A stretch of 35,840 bases of DNA from Thermoplasmatota archaeon (GCA_029762535.1 JARVGK010000033.1:1-35840), one strand, 5' to 3'. Positions 15,382-25,630 are shown, counted from the stretch's first letter. A program made the numbers and translations. Notes: a model not told the origin generated them from the sequence alone.

Positions 15382-17313
15382 CTAGAACGCCTCCGGGAGT
15401 TCCTTTATGTCGTAATAATTGAAGACCGGCCCCTCCAGACACACGTACACGCCGTTGATTTGGCAGTGTCCGCACTTGCCAACGCCGCATTTCATGCGCC
15501 TTTCCAGGGATACGATTATGTTCCAGTCAGGGACCCCCTTCTGCTTGAGTTCCCTAATGACGAAACGATACATGACCGGGGGTCCGACAACGATGGCTAT
15601 GGTATCGTCCGGATCGAAATCCACCTTGGGTATCAGCGTCGTGATAACGCCCACGTCCCCGTCCCAGCACTCCTTGTCGTCGCAGCGGTCAACGGTCATC
15701 ATGAACTTCACATCGTTCATTTCCTGCCATTTCTTGAGGTCCTCCCTGAAGAGGAGCGATGTGGGGTCCTTGCACCCGTAGAGTATGGTGATGTCCTTGA
15801 AGTCCTTCCTGTTCTCGAGTGAGTACTCGATCAGTGACCGCAAGGGGGCCAGGCCGCATCCGCCACCGATGTAGAGAAGGCTCCTTCCCTTGAGCTTGTC
15901 GGTGTTGAACCCGTTACCGAAAGGCCCCCTGATGCCCACCTTGGAGCCTATTTCAAGGGTGTCGAGCTTGGTGGTCACGTCTCCGATCTTTCTTACCTGC
16001 AGCTCGAACTCATCTCCACCAGGGGAGGACGATATTGAGATCGGGGCCTCCCCGATCCCGAATATGGAGAGCTCTATGAACTGCCCGGGCTTATGGCCCA
16101 GTGGCTCGCCGCTGTCCAATTTCAACCTGTACAGCGTATCGATGTCGGTCATCACCTCCTTGTAAGTGATGGTGGCCGCTTTCGGAACGAGGAGTTCCTG
16201 CTTTATCCCATGGTATTTAACATCGGGTATGGGCAGATTCTTCTTCTCGTCCATGGAGAAGGATGCGAGCACGTTCATCACGTCCGCGGGGTCGGCTATG
16301 TCGGGAAGGCACTGCGAGGAGCATCTGCCGCATCCCACACATGCAACGAAGCCGAACCTGGCGGGGAGGTATAGCCCTTTTCTGTAGTACCTGTGCCTGT
16401 ACCTGTTCTTGGGGGTCTCCCTGAATATCTCACCGCTGCCGACCAGGGTGAACTCCTTCAGCAGGCAGCCGTCCCATGTGCGCGTCCTCTTTCCCCTCTC
16501 GAGATCGAGCTCGACCTCGTCATGAACATCATAGCACACGCAAGTTGGGCAGACCAGAGTGCATGTACCGCAGGTAAGGCACTTCCTGGCGTTCTCCTCC
16601 CATATGGGATGCTCATAGTTCTGCTCGAGGATCTCGGACCATCGATATTTGTCCATGTTCAGCTCCGTGCTGTACCTGCCCGGGAGCTCCGCTCTGAGTT
16701 TTTCCACTTTTTGGATATCGTATCGGCTCGCCTCCTTCGCCTGGCCGAACTTCTCGATCAGGCGGCCTCCCTCCTCCGTTCCGATATCGATCACGATCCG
16801 GTCCGCGAGTGGTGTGACGAGCAGGTCGTACCCCTTCTCGACGATGTGCGTTCCGAGGCTGGCGCAGAAAGCCCTCTCTGGAACGCTAAGTATGTCCGAG
16901 GCGATGATGATAGTGTTCTTCCTTCTCTTCTCGTAATGGTCATCGACGTGCGTCCCCAGGTAAACCTGGTCCATCATATTGATGGCGATCAGATCGTAAG
17001 GGTGTACCCCAACGAGGACCTTCTTTTTGTCCTCATGATGCGCCATGACGTTGAAGGGCTGCCCAAGGTCGAAGGTGAGCAGGTCTTCGTTCGGGGGAAG
17101 CAGCTCCTTCTTGGGCGGCAGTATCGTAACGTCATAGTCCAGCCTGAGCTCACCGGCGTTCGTGAGTTCGCCGAAAACGAACTTGGACCCCTTCTCCTTG
17201 ACCCCGATGACCTCCAGATCCGGAGAGGTGATCAGGCCGTCGATGAATTCGTTCCAGTCATCCAAACCCATTGTCTTCAATCGCTCAACTCCCGATTTGC
17301 GACGACGGAGCAT
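15382..17313 (-). CDS. Group 3b hydrogenase beta-gamma fusion (4Fe-4S beta plus FAD/NAD(P)-binding 2Fe-2S gamma)
   Basis: N-half has CLTCGTCTLVCPTC and CVGCGRCSSQC (AsrA/HydB-like). C-half has PGQF, GEAPISISS, RGPFGNGF, GGGCGLAP and MKCGVGKCGHC...C (HydG-like). The start may be a few codons downstream (TTG/ATG near 17270-17280). Confidence 0.9.
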   Translation of the reverse strand: MLRRRKSGVERLKTMGLDDWNEFIDGLITSPDLEVIGVKEKGSKFVFGELTNAGELRLDYDVTILPPKKELLPPNEDLLTFDLGQPFNVMAHHEDKKKVLVGVHPYDLIAINMMDQVYLGTHVDDHYEKRRKNTIIIASDILSVPERAFCASLGTHIVEKGYDLLVTPLADRIVIDIGTEEGGRLIEKFGQAKEASRYDIQKVEKLRAELPGRYSTELNMDKYRWSEILEQNYEHPIWEENARKCLTCGTCTLVCPTCVCYDVHDEVELDLERGKRTRTWDGCLLKEFTLVGSGEIFRETPKNRYRHRYYRKGLYLPARFGFVACVGCGRCSSQCLPDIADPADVMNVLASFSMDEKKNLPIPDVKYHGIKQELLVPKAATITYKEVMTDIDTLYRLKLDSGEPLGHKPGQFIELSIFGIGEAPISISSSPGGDEFELQVRKIGDVTTKLDTLEIGSKVGIRGPFGNGFNTDKLKGRSLLYIGGGCGLAPLRSLIEYSLENRKDFKDITILYGCKDPTSLLFREDLKKWQEMNDVKFMMTVDRCDDKECWDGDVGVITTLIPKVDFDPDDTIAIVVGPPVMYRFVIRELKQKGVPDWNIIVSLERRMKCGVGKCGHCQINGVYVCLEGPVFNYYDIKELPEAF

Positions 17314-17538
17314 GGCGAACCCTTTTTCACGTCACGTCCCCAGAAGCGCGGGAACGGTATCGAGCTCGACCGCCACGTCAGCCCGGGCCCCTGATGCCTG
17401 CGGACATATAATTACCTTTTGAGGTCCAGACGCCATGTCGACGGTCCTCGTTTCCATCTATACTTTCATCCAACCCCCTTGATATCAATAAATATGTGGA
17501 GAGACCGATACGCCGCCCATCCCAAACAGTGATGCGGC

Positions 17539-18786
17539 ATGTTACAGGCGCAGAGCCCCGAGATCACCTTCATGAGATCCACGTTCTCATCGTACTATCG
17601 AGAAGCGATGATAGAGCCACCGCACAGGTTCGCCCGAAGGGAGTGGGGTTTCTTCCCGTTCGGCGGAAAGATGATGTTTCGCCATATAGCCTTCAGGAAC
17701 CGCGACGAACTGGAGGAACATTTCAGAAGGAGCGCACCGATGCACGCCTATCATTCCGCTGCATACTATCAGGATCCTGGAGCGCAACCGATGGCGGAAA
17801 AGGTCAAGGGCTGGATGGGTGCGGACCTGATATTCGACCTTGACGCTGACCACATTCCGGGGGCCGAGGAACTCGGCTATGTGCAGCAGCTCGCCATCGT
17901 AAAGGGCGAGGTCATTCGGCTACTCGAGGACTTCATCCTCGACGACCTTGGTTTCCCCCGGTCCAGCACATATCTGTTCTTCTCCGGAGGCAGGGGGTAT
18001 CACGTCCATGTGAGGGACCCTGGCGTGCTTAACCTATCATCGAACGAGAGGAGGGCCATCGTGGACTTCATCACTGGCCGGGGTTTCTCCATTGAGGTTG
18101 CCTTCCCCAAGGAGGTGGTCCAGGTCAATACGAGATTCGGCTCGTCCAAGTCCAGACGGAATTTCAGGAGCGTGGACTGGGGGGGTTGGGTCGGAAAGGT
18201 CCATATTGGAAAGGACAGACTGATAACCGAACTGTCGGCTCTTGAACCCTCACTAAGGAAGAAAAGGCTCAAGGACATAGCGAGGGCGGGGAGGGTCCAG
18301 GCCGGGGACCAGATACTGTCCTCATTGGACGAGAGCCTCTTCGGCAGAAGCAACGGCAGGAGCGCCAGCAGGCTGAAGGGGAGCGGTCTGTTCGACGTAT
18401 TCCCGAACAATCAGCAGCTGGAGCTTTTCCTGAGATTGGTCGTGAGCTATTCCTCGATATCCTTGAGCGGGGAGACGGACGAGCCAGTGACCACGGACAC
18501 GAAGCGTCTGATCCGGGCCGTCTCGACCCTTCACGGAAAGACCGGTCTCAAGGTCACGCCAATACCACTCGACCGCATAGATGACTTCGATCCGTTGAGG
18601 GACGCCGTCGCCCTGGGAGATGACAGGGTCGATATAGTCGTGGAGAGGGGCTCGAGACCGGATATGGCAGGCGGATCCCATGTGCTGGAAAAAGGGGTCA
18701 ATAAGGTCCCGCTGTACCTTGCATACTTCCTTATCGGCAGGAGGGAGGCGAGACTCCACCCTCACATCCGCACTGGAGCGGAATAG
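17539..18786 (+). CDS. priS: DNA primase catalytic subunit PriS
   Basis: REWGF, ADLIFDLDADH, FSGGRGYH and DEPVTTD.KRLIR...TLHGKTGL motifs. Confidence 0.93.
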   Translation: MLQAQSPEITFMRSTFSSYYREAMIEPPHRFARREWGFFPFGGKMMFRHIAFRNRDELEEHFRRSAPMHAYHSAAYYQDPGAQPMAEKVKGWMGADLIFDLDADHIPGAEELGYVQQLAIVKGEVIRLLEDFILDDLGFPRSSTYLFFSGGRGYHVHVRDPGVLNLSSNERRAIVDFITGRGFSIEVAFPKEVVQVNTRFGSSKSRRNFRSVDWGGWVGKVHIGKDRLITELSALEPSLRKKRLKDIARAGRVQAGDQILSSLDESLFGRSNGRSASRLKGSGLFDVFPNNQQLELFLRLVVSYSSISLSGETDEPVTTDTKRLIRAVSTLHGKTGLKVTPIPLDRIDDFDPLRDAVALGDDRVDIVVERGSRPDMAGGSHVLEKGVNKVPLYLAYFLIGRREARLHPHIRTGAE

Positions 18787-19853
18787 GTCTTGTCCTGGCC
18801 GTTGTCCCCGTCCTCCCCCCCACCCTTTCTGCTCATCAGGATGACGACCAGTATGATGATCGCTATGGCCACTACGGTCATGATCACGACCACCAGCACG
18901 ATATCGTAAGGGTCCTTCTCCTCCCCGTTGGCCGGACCGCCGTTCTCGTCCGGCCCCTCCTTTACGCTCGATCTGACAAGTATCAGGTCGAAGCCCGAAA
19001 CGGCGATGAACTCGGGTTCCATGGTTTCGGGATCGGTCTCCACGGTGCTAGCGGTCACCTCGAACCTCAACGTGGTATCCTGTGGGATCGTATCAGGGGC
19101 CGTGAGGATGAACCTGGCCTGGGCCTGCGATCCCGGCTCGAGAAGGGACATGTCCGGTATCGAGATGTTGATCCTCCATCCTGAAGAGGAGAGCTGATCC
19201 AGAAGAGGGACTGAAAGCTCGACCCCAGCATCCATGTTCGAGGGGTTCTTTATCACAGCGGTATAGTTGAGGATCTCCCCCGCTCTCATCTCGTGGCTAC
19301 GTGTGTTCATGGAGATGTTGAGAAGGTAGAACGGCTCGGTCTCTATGCGGCATTCGGCCCTGGACGTCCCTTCGCTCGATCCCGAATAGGTCGCCGTGAC
19401 GAACAGGTCCCCCCAATGGTCCAAGGGCAATCCTTCTGGCACCGGGACGTCGCGGGTCTGCTGGGGATCGTAAAGGGCGGGATCCAGTTTGACCGAGAAG
19501 GTTTTGGAGGGGTCTCCTCTTCTGAATATATGCGTGGGGGTGTTCGCCGGCCCGCCTTCGAAAGAAACGATGGAGTGCCAGTACTGTCCCGTAGGCCCAT
19601 CCGGACCCATCTCTGTGATATTGGACGAGAGCGTGACGGTGAGCGTCTCGAGAATGCCTGAGATCGTGGCGCTGACCTCCCCTTTGATTGTGAGCACGCC
19701 CATCCATGGGTCCGTCGGGTCCACGGATACCGTGTACAGGTTTCCCTCGATGGAGACGTCCGCCGGAGCCGAATAAGCGTGGGAGGGGGCAAGTATCAGT
19801 GCCGCAAGGAGGACCAATGCTATCACACTGCGCATGAGGGAGTATTGCATCAT
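18762..19853 (-). CDS. Secreted single-pass membrane protein with Ig-like (NEW3/CARDB-like) domain
   Basis: Signal peptide, beta-rich body (AGEILNYTAVIKNPSN...LEPG) and C-terminal TM plus SRK. The 3' end overlaps the priS 3' end by 25 bp. Confidence 0.72.
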   Translation of the reverse strand: MMQYSLMRSVIALVLLAALILAPSHAYSAPADVSIEGNLYTVSVDPTDPWMGVLTIKGEVSATISGILETLTVTLSSNITEMGPDGPTGQYWHSIVSFEGGPANTPTHIFRRGDPSKTFSVKLDPALYDPQQTRDVPVPEGLPLDHWGDLFVTATYSGSSEGTSRAECRIETEPFYLLNISMNTRSHEMRAGEILNYTAVIKNPSNMDAGVELSVPLLDQLSSSGWRINISIPDMSLLEPGSQAQARFILTAPDTIPQDTTLRFEVTASTVETDPETMEPEFIAVSGFDLILVRSSVKEGPDENGGPANGEEKDPYDIVLVVVIMTVVAIAIIILVVILMSRKGGGEDGDNGQDKTYSAPVRM

Positions 19854-19932
19854 CTGATAATTAACACTAGGGGGCCTCTAGCATAATCATTATTATCGGG
19901 GACGGGGCATAACCCCCCGCAGGTCGACGCAG

Positions 19933-20712
19933 ATGGACGATAACAAGTTCGATTTTTCGGATCTAGCGGACATACATTCCCAGGAGAAGGGAACGAACTC
20001 ACTGTCCAGGCTGCCGGATGATTTCTATTCCACTGCCGTGGCCTACATCAAATCGCTATTCCTCCAGGTCGAGAAGAGCCGTGCGGACCTTCAGATATCC
20101 CTCGGTAAGGAGGCGGTCAGGACCACCGGCGAATACCAGAGGGCTCGGGAGGTCCTTGAGGCCATATACAACACCAGGGAGAGGAAGATCGTTCTTGCGG
20201 CCCTGAACGCCTCGAGGGGGATCAATTACAGGACGGACAATATGACCGAGGAGGAGAAGGACCTCTACTTCAACCTGAAGGTGGAAATGGAGAACAAGAG
20301 GGACAGGGTGATCAGGTACGACAGGATGCTCTCCAGACCTTCCGCCATCCGGCCCGAGAGCGGGATCGATACCACGACCGACGACTTCCTGACCCCAGAG
20401 GTACACGATCAGGAACCACCCGTGGACCCCCCTCCACTGAAGATAGGGACACCGACCGAGAATGCCTGCGAGCCTCCCAGGAAGAAGGAGGCGGACAGGC
20501 AGAGGACGGGATCCTCCATGGCCACCCAACCGGAGGGCAGCTGCCTCGACGGATACATACTCGTCAGAGCGCTTGTGGACATCGGTTCGTTCGCGTGCGG
20601 CGAGGGGCAGTGCGTCAGTATGAAGGGGGAGGATATAGCCACCCTTCCGAGCGAGATAGCCTCGGTTCTCATACAACAGGGGATGGTCAGGGAGATGGAG
20701 GGTCTCTCCTGA
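19933..20712 (+). CDS. DNA replication GINS subunit (Gins51/Gins15 type)
   Basis: N-terminal helical A domain (LSRLPDDFY...IYNTRERKIV.AA...MT.EEK.LY), low-complexity linker, C-terminal B domain (VRALVDIG.F...G....M..EDIATLP..IA.VLI..G). Near priS. Confidence 0.8.
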   Translation: MDDNKFDFSDLADIHSQEKGTNSLSRLPDDFYSTAVAYIKSLFLQVEKSRADLQISLGKEAVRTTGEYQRAREVLEAIYNTRERKIVLAALNASRGINYRTDNMTEEEKDLYFNLKVEMENKRDRVIRYDRMLSRPSAIRPESGIDTTTDDFLTPEVHDQEPPVDPPPLKIGTPTENACEPPRKKEADRQRTGSSMATQPEGSCLDGYILVRALVDIGSFACGEGQCVSMKGEDIATLPSEIASVLIQQGMVREMEGLS

Positions 20713-20720
20713 GAGGCGAA

Positions 20721-21230
20721 ATGCCACTGACCGTTCTGCATCTGTCCCAGGACGATCCGAAAAAGTGCTCCGCTCTGAAGATGTCCAGGTTCGGCCTGGC
20801 ACGTATCGTCAAAAGGATAGGCGAACTGCCCGGGAGCTCGATCGTTCTCGACCCCTTCTCGGGGGTCGCTCTATCGCCCGCCGACAGGCAGTTGGCGGTA
20901 AAAGGAGGAATATGTGCCATAGATTGCTCCTGGGAGAGGGCCGAGGAGGTCTTCGCCACAATAAGTGCCAAGCGAAGGAACGCCTCCAGGACGCTGCCGA
21001 TGCTTCTGGCCTGCAATCCAGTGCATTTCGGGAGGTGGGGCGAGCTCTCCACGATCGAGGCGATGGCAGCCGCCCTGTACATCCTGGGAGAGCCTGTAAG
21101 GGCCAGGGAGCTGCTCTCGATATACAACTGGGGGGTCAGGTTCCTGGAGGTGAACGCCGAGCCCCTGGACGCCTATTCTCAATGCAGGGACGGGGCCGAG
21201 GTGGTCCGAACCCAGTCCGAGTTCGTATGA
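20721..21230 (+). CDS. tsr3: 16S rRNA aminocarboxypropyltransferase Tsr3 (DUF367)
   Basis: QDDPKKCS, LSPAD, IDCSW, R.LP.LLA.NPV.FG...LST.EA.AAALYILG, WG..FL..N..PL..Y. Start corrected to ATG 20721. Confidence 0.92.
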   Translation: MPLTVLHLSQDDPKKCSALKMSRFGLARIVKRIGELPGSSIVLDPFSGVALSPADRQLAVKGGICAIDCSWERAEEVFATISAKRRNASRTLPMLLACNPVHFGRWGELSTIEAMAAALYILGEPVRARELLSIYNWGVRFLEVNAEPLDAYSQCRDGAEVVRTQSEFV

Positions 21231-21234
21231 GCGC

Positions 21235-22164
21235 TCATTCCTCGACCGACGCCTTCTCCTTCTTTTCCTGGGACATCGCCTTTTCCGCTTCCGGACCCCT
21301 GATAACGGTCCCGCACGACGGACAGAAGTTTATGGAGGGGTCGAGCCTCGATTCGCATCTGGGGCAGACGCCTCCGGTCACGACCTCGCCCTTTCTCCTT
21401 GACCATATGCCGTAAATGATGAAGAGCACAACGAACATGATGACAATGAACATGATCTGGAGGGCGAGGATCTCGCTGCTGCCAAGGGAAAAACCCCCGC
21501 TGTCCTTGCCTTTCCGTGCGATCGTATGGTCCACGAGCCTTTCCGAGCCTCCAACGGGCAGCATCTGTGCGATCGCGACTATCAGATGCGGATCGGAGCG
21601 CTGCCTGAGTATGAACCTGCTCCTGTGCATCGTGATGTTGAGGGTGTTCCCATCGATATCGATACGGGTGACATTGCCCGCCACCCTGAAATCGCCCTGG
21701 TCCCAGAGCAGGTACCTTGCAGTGCCGTTGGTGGCCACTAGCATGAAATCGAAGGGATCGGTCTCCCTGTACTCGGACCTGGCATATCCGGCGATGGTAT
21801 AGGTGTACTCCTCCCTGTAATAGACAGGCCCTTCCATCTCCATGACGTAGGAGACGTATGTCTCGTTCTCGAGTATTCGAAATCCAACGATATCCACCGA
21901 CAGCCTCTCCTTGCTCTCGGGGGCTTTCCTGTCGGGAAGGGCCTTGAGATCGGATAGGGTCTCGAGCGGATCGAGCCCCGCATCCGTCAATACATCCTCC
22001 TTGTCATCCTTGAAGGTCCTGGTGGAGGTCTCGAACTGGCTCGAGGCCGGGGCGGGCATCAACGAGACCGCACACAGAAGGGCCAGGATGGATAGCGTCG
22101 GGACCAGGTATCTCATCTGATCACGGAGAAACGATAGGATACGTTTTAACGTATCGGTCATCAT
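21235..22164 (-). CDS. Single-pass membrane protein with cytoplasmic double zinc ribbon
   Basis: Signal-like hydrophobic N-terminus, extracellular beta domain, TM helix, RRK, CPRC...FCPSCG; ends in EE. Confidence 0.75.
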   Translation of the reverse strand: MMTDTLKRILSFLRDQMRYLVPTLSILALLCAVSLMPAPASSQFETSTRTFKDDKEDVLTDAGLDPLETLSDLKALPDRKAPESKERLSVDIVGFRILENETYVSYVMEMEGPVYYREEYTYTIAGYARSEYRETDPFDFMLVATNGTARYLLWDQGDFRVAGNVTRIDIDGNTLNITMHRSRFILRQRSDPHLIVAIAQMLPVGGSERLVDHTIARKGKDSGGFSLGSSEILALQIMFIVIMFVVLFIIYGIWSRRKGEVVTGGVCPRCESRLDPSINFCPSCGTVIRGPEAEKAMSQEKKEKASVEE

Positions 22165-22236
22165 CGATAGGCCTTGTTTTTATACAGGGAAGTTTTATCG
22201 GCCCAAGAATACCCTTAGCATATAGGGTACGATCGG

Positions 22237-24981
22237 GTGAGGCAAATGGGCCCCAACGAGACAAGCAACGGACATGACCGCCCAAAGACCAGCGAAGCGG
22301 AGGCGAGGTCCGGAGGTGGAGGATACGACTTCGCGACGGCTGAGGAGAGATGGCAGCGTTTCTGGGAGGAAAATTCCATCTACAGGTTCGATCCTAGGTC
22401 CGATAGGCCTCCTTTCGTCATCGACAACCCTCCCCGATACGCTTCAGGCCCTCTGCACGCTGGGCATGCCGTCCATTACACACACATAGACTTCGCGGCA
22501 CGCTATAAGAGAATGAGGGGTTACAACGTGATGTTCCCTCTGTGCTTCGACGTGAACGGGATGCCCATAGAGGTTCGCGTGGAGAAGAAGTACAACATCA
22601 GGATGAGGGACACCGAGAGGCATGAGTTCACCAGACTGTGCGAGGAGTTCGCCCAGGGCAATATCGCAGAGATGACGCGCCAGTTCCGGATCTTCGGCGA
22701 GTCCATGGACCCGTCCGTTTACTACCAGACCGATGCCAAGTATTACAGGAGGCTCACCCAGATATCCTTCATCAAGCTGTTCCATCAGGGGAGGATATAC
22801 AAGGCCAATCACCCCGTCAACTGGTGCCCCAGGTGCGGGACCGCTCTGGCCGAGTCCGAGGTCGAGTACCAGGACAACGTGACCAAGCTCAACACCATAC
22901 TGTTCGAAGTGGACGGGGAACCAGGCAGGAAGGTGGAGATAGCCACGACCAGGCCCGAGCTCCTCTGTACTTGCCAGATGGTCGCTGTTCATCCGCAGGA
23001 CGAACGTTATTCCGACCTCGTCGGAAGGTCCCTGATCACGCCGGTTTTCGGAAAGAGGGTACCGGTCATCGCGGATGATGTCGTGGAGAGGACCTACGGC
23101 TCCGGCGTGGTAATGATATGCACGATCGGGGACAAGGAGGACCTGAGATGGGTCTTCAAGTATGGACTGACCCTCGAGAAGGGCATAGACGAACACGGAC
23201 GCATGACGGAGTTGGCAGGCCGCTACGCGGGCATGGACCTTCGCGATGCGAGGAAGGCAATAATCGAGGACATGAGGTCCCAGTCCCTCCTCGTCGATCA
23301 GAAGGACAACCCCCAGAACGTAGGGACATGCTGGAGATGCCATGCGACGATAGAGTTCCTGCAGGTCCCCCAGTGGTTCCTGAGGATACTGGATATCAGG
23401 GATGATATCCTCAAGATGGCCGATGAGATAGAATGGCATCCCGAGTTCATGAAGGTCAGGCTTAGGGAATGGGTCAACTCCCTTTCATGGGACTGGGTCA
23501 TATCCAGGCAGCGGTACTTCGCGACGCCTATACCCGTATGGGAATGCCTCTCATGCGGACATGCGGTACTCCCTGATGAATCGGACTGCTACGTCGATCC
23601 GACGATCGATACCCCCCCTGTGAAGGCCTGCCCGGAATGCGGTGGCGAGCTCAAGGGATCGGAGGAGGTCTTCGATACCTGGATGGATTCGTCGATATCC
23701 CCGCTATACTGCGCCTTCTGGCTCAGGGACGATGAGCTGTTCGGGAAGCTGTATCCCGTTTCTCTGAGGCCGCAGTCCCACGATATCATACGCACATGGG
23801 CGTTCTACACCATGGTGCGGAGCCTTTACCTGACCGGAAAGAAACCCTGGAGCGACATAATGATGGGAGGGTTCATAATGTCCCCCGACGGGACCCCGAT
23901 GCACGCCTCCAAGGGCAACGCGGTGGATCCGCTCGAATACCACACCAAGTACGGGGCCGACGCGATAAGGTATTACGCCGCCACCTGCACCCTGGGCAAG
24001 GACCATCCGTTCAGGATCAAGGACGTCGAGAGGGGGTCCCAGATAACAAGAAAGCTGTACAACATGCAGCGGCTGATCTCCTCATCCTTCGAGAGTATGG
24101 GCGCCGATGAGATAAAAGCCCTACTTTCTGACGGTGAGGCCGTGAAGGGCCTCCTGCATCCGATCGATTCGTGGATGCTCGACCGGCTCTCACAGGTGGT
24201 GTCCGAGGCGACGGACGCGTGCGAGAACTACGCATTCGACAAGGCCGTGAAGGCAACGGTGGACTTCATGTGGCTCGAGGTCGCTGACCAGTATCTCGAG
24301 ATGGTCAAGACCAGGATCAGGAAAGGGGACCCATCCGCCGTCTTCACGCTCTACAATCTGGGCCTGACACTGGTAAAGCTCCTGGCCCCGTTCATGCCCC
24401 ATATTGCGGAGGAGGTATTCCAGGCCCACTACGTGAGGATCGAGGGGGGTATCTCGGTCCATATCTCAGATTGGCCACGGCCGCTCTTGGGATTCGGGGA
24501 CCGTGCCCTGGACGGCGCGTACGCCTCCGAGATGGTCAGCGCCATAAGGAGGTACAAATCGGAAAAGAGGATGGCCCTCGGCGCGAGCATGGGGCCGATA
24601 AGGATAATAACCGAGGACGAGCGGAGCCTTGAGGGGTCGCTCGAGGACATCAGGGACACCCTGAGGGCCTCAGAGCTGACCCTCGAGCCCTCCGCTGAGC
24701 TGCATGTTTCGGTGAGGGGCCTAAAACCGGTGTTCAGCGTCGTAGGGCCTATGTACCGCGATCGTATGAAATCTCTGACGAAGGCCATGAGCGATCCGGA
24801 GAAGGCCGTGAAGGCGGCGGTCGACCTGGGGGAGAAAGGAAAGGCCGCGATCGATCCCGGGGATGGGCTCGGGGAGATCGTTCTGACCCCTGAGATGGCC
24901 GAGGTCCAAAAGGAGTGGACCTTCAAGGGGAGGTCCGTGGACCATATCGCCTTGGACGGGGCCATGGTCCTCTTCGAATAA
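22237..24981 (+). CDS. valS: Valine--tRNA ligase (archaeal type)
   Basis: IDNPP...G.LHAGH (HIGH-like), VNWCPRCGTALAESEV, IATTRPEL, WDWVISRQRYFATPIP, DTWMDS, QSHDIIRTWAFYT. The start may be ATG 22246. Confidence 0.95.
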   Translation: MRQMGPNETSNGHDRPKTSEAEARSGGGGYDFATAEERWQRFWEENSIYRFDPRSDRPPFVIDNPPRYASGPLHAGHAVHYTHIDFAARYKRMRGYNVMFPLCFDVNGMPIEVRVEKKYNIRMRDTERHEFTRLCEEFAQGNIAEMTRQFRIFGESMDPSVYYQTDAKYYRRLTQISFIKLFHQGRIYKANHPVNWCPRCGTALAESEVEYQDNVTKLNTILFEVDGEPGRKVEIATTRPELLCTCQMVAVHPQDERYSDLVGRSLITPVFGKRVPVIADDVVERTYGSGVVMICTIGDKEDLRWVFKYGLTLEKGIDEHGRMTELAGRYAGMDLRDARKAIIEDMRSQSLLVDQKDNPQNVGTCWRCHATIEFLQVPQWFLRILDIRDDILKMADEIEWHPEFMKVRLREWVNSLSWDWVISRQRYFATPIPVWECLSCGHAVLPDESDCYVDPTIDTPPVKACPECGGELKGSEEVFDTWMDSSISPLYCAFWLRDDELFGKLYPVSLRPQSHDIIRTWAFYTMVRSLYLTGKKPWSDIMMGGFIMSPDGTPMHASKGNAVDPLEYHTKYGADAIRYYAATCTLGKDHPFRIKDVERGSQITRKLYNMQRLISSSFESMGADEIKALLSDGEAVKGLLHPIDSWMLDRLSQVVSEATDACENYAFDKAVKATVDFMWLEVADQYLEMVKTRIRKGDPSAVFTLYNLGLTLVKLLAPFMPHIAEEVFQAHYVRIEGGISVHISDWPRPLLGFGDRALDGAYASEMVSAIRRYKSEKRMALGASMGPIRIITEDERSLEGSLEDIRDTLRASELTLEPSAELHVSVRGLKPVFSVVGPMYRDRMKSLTKAMSDPEKAVKAAVDLGEKGKAAIDPGDGLGEIVLTPEMAEVQKEWTFKGRSVDHIALDGAMVLFE

Positions 24982-25020
24982 TGTTGGTTGGGGGAATTAA
25001 ATCCTCGCACTATCATAAGC

Positions 25021-25090
25021 CCTTAAATAATAAAACTCCTTTTCCGGCCCCTGTTCATAGTTACGGGATGATGAATAGGAGGTTTCTGGG
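25021..25090 (+). promoter_or_regulatory. Putative mbh operon promoter and RBS
   Basis: TATA-like TTAAATAA at 25023-25030; SD-like AGGAGGT ~8 nt before ATG 25091. Confidence 0.45.
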
Positions 25091-25630
25091 ATGATCACGT
25101 TCTTAGTCCTGTTCGTATCGATGCTGCTTTTGTACCTGCTTCTGGTGGCCGGTAGCGGCGGGGGCGACGGATTGCTTGGGCAGCTGTTCTCATATCAGGA
25201 GATCGGCGCCGCCATCGTCCTGGCCATCCTGACCGCAGCGATAGCTAGGGCCATGCTGGGAAAGGCCAAGAACCGGGTAATGAACAACCCCGGAAAGCTT
25301 CTGAAGGCCCCTTTCATGTTCATCGTATTCCTTTTCCCGTTCTTCTACGCCATGGCGGAGGCGAACCTGGATGTGGCATACAGGGTCATCACGGGGAGGA
25401 TAAGGCCGGGCATAGTCAGGATCAGGCCGAAGCTTAAGACCGACCTGGGCAGGACGATGCTCGCCAATTCCATCACGCTAACTCCCGGGACCCTGACGGT
25501 GGACATAGATGAGAAGAGCGGGGACCTGTTCATACACTGGATAAACGTCAAGGATACCAAGACGGACGATGAGAGGATAAAGGCCGTTTGTGGATCGTTC
25601 CCTGCCTGGGCAAGGAGGGTCGTCGAATGA
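25091..25630 (+). CDS. mbhA: Mbh/Mrp subunit, MnhE family
   Basis: ANLDVAYRV, PGIV, LANSITLTPGTLTVD, L.IHWI. Confidence 0.9.
   Translation: MITFLVLFVSMLLLYLLLVAGSGGGDGLLGQLFSYQEIGAAIVLAILTAAIARAMLGKAKNRVMNNPGKLLKAPFMFIVFLFPFFYAMAEANLDVAYRVITGRIRPGIVRIRPKLKTDLGRTMLANSITLTPGTLTVDIDEKSGDLFIHWINVKDTKTDDERIKAVCGSFPAWARRVVE

Noticed and set aside
16393-17394. Long antisense ORFs (e.g. 16393-17394, 22444-23439, 28133-28843, 4390-5100)
   Set aside because: They are shadow frames opposite well-supported genes in GC-rich sequence and carry no recognisable motifs.
17332-17469. Short leader ORF (ATG AAA GTA TAG ATG...) upstream of the hydrogenase operon; possible amber read-through
   Set aside because: Only ~41 codons follow the TAG, with no motif and no pyrrolysine evidence in the window.
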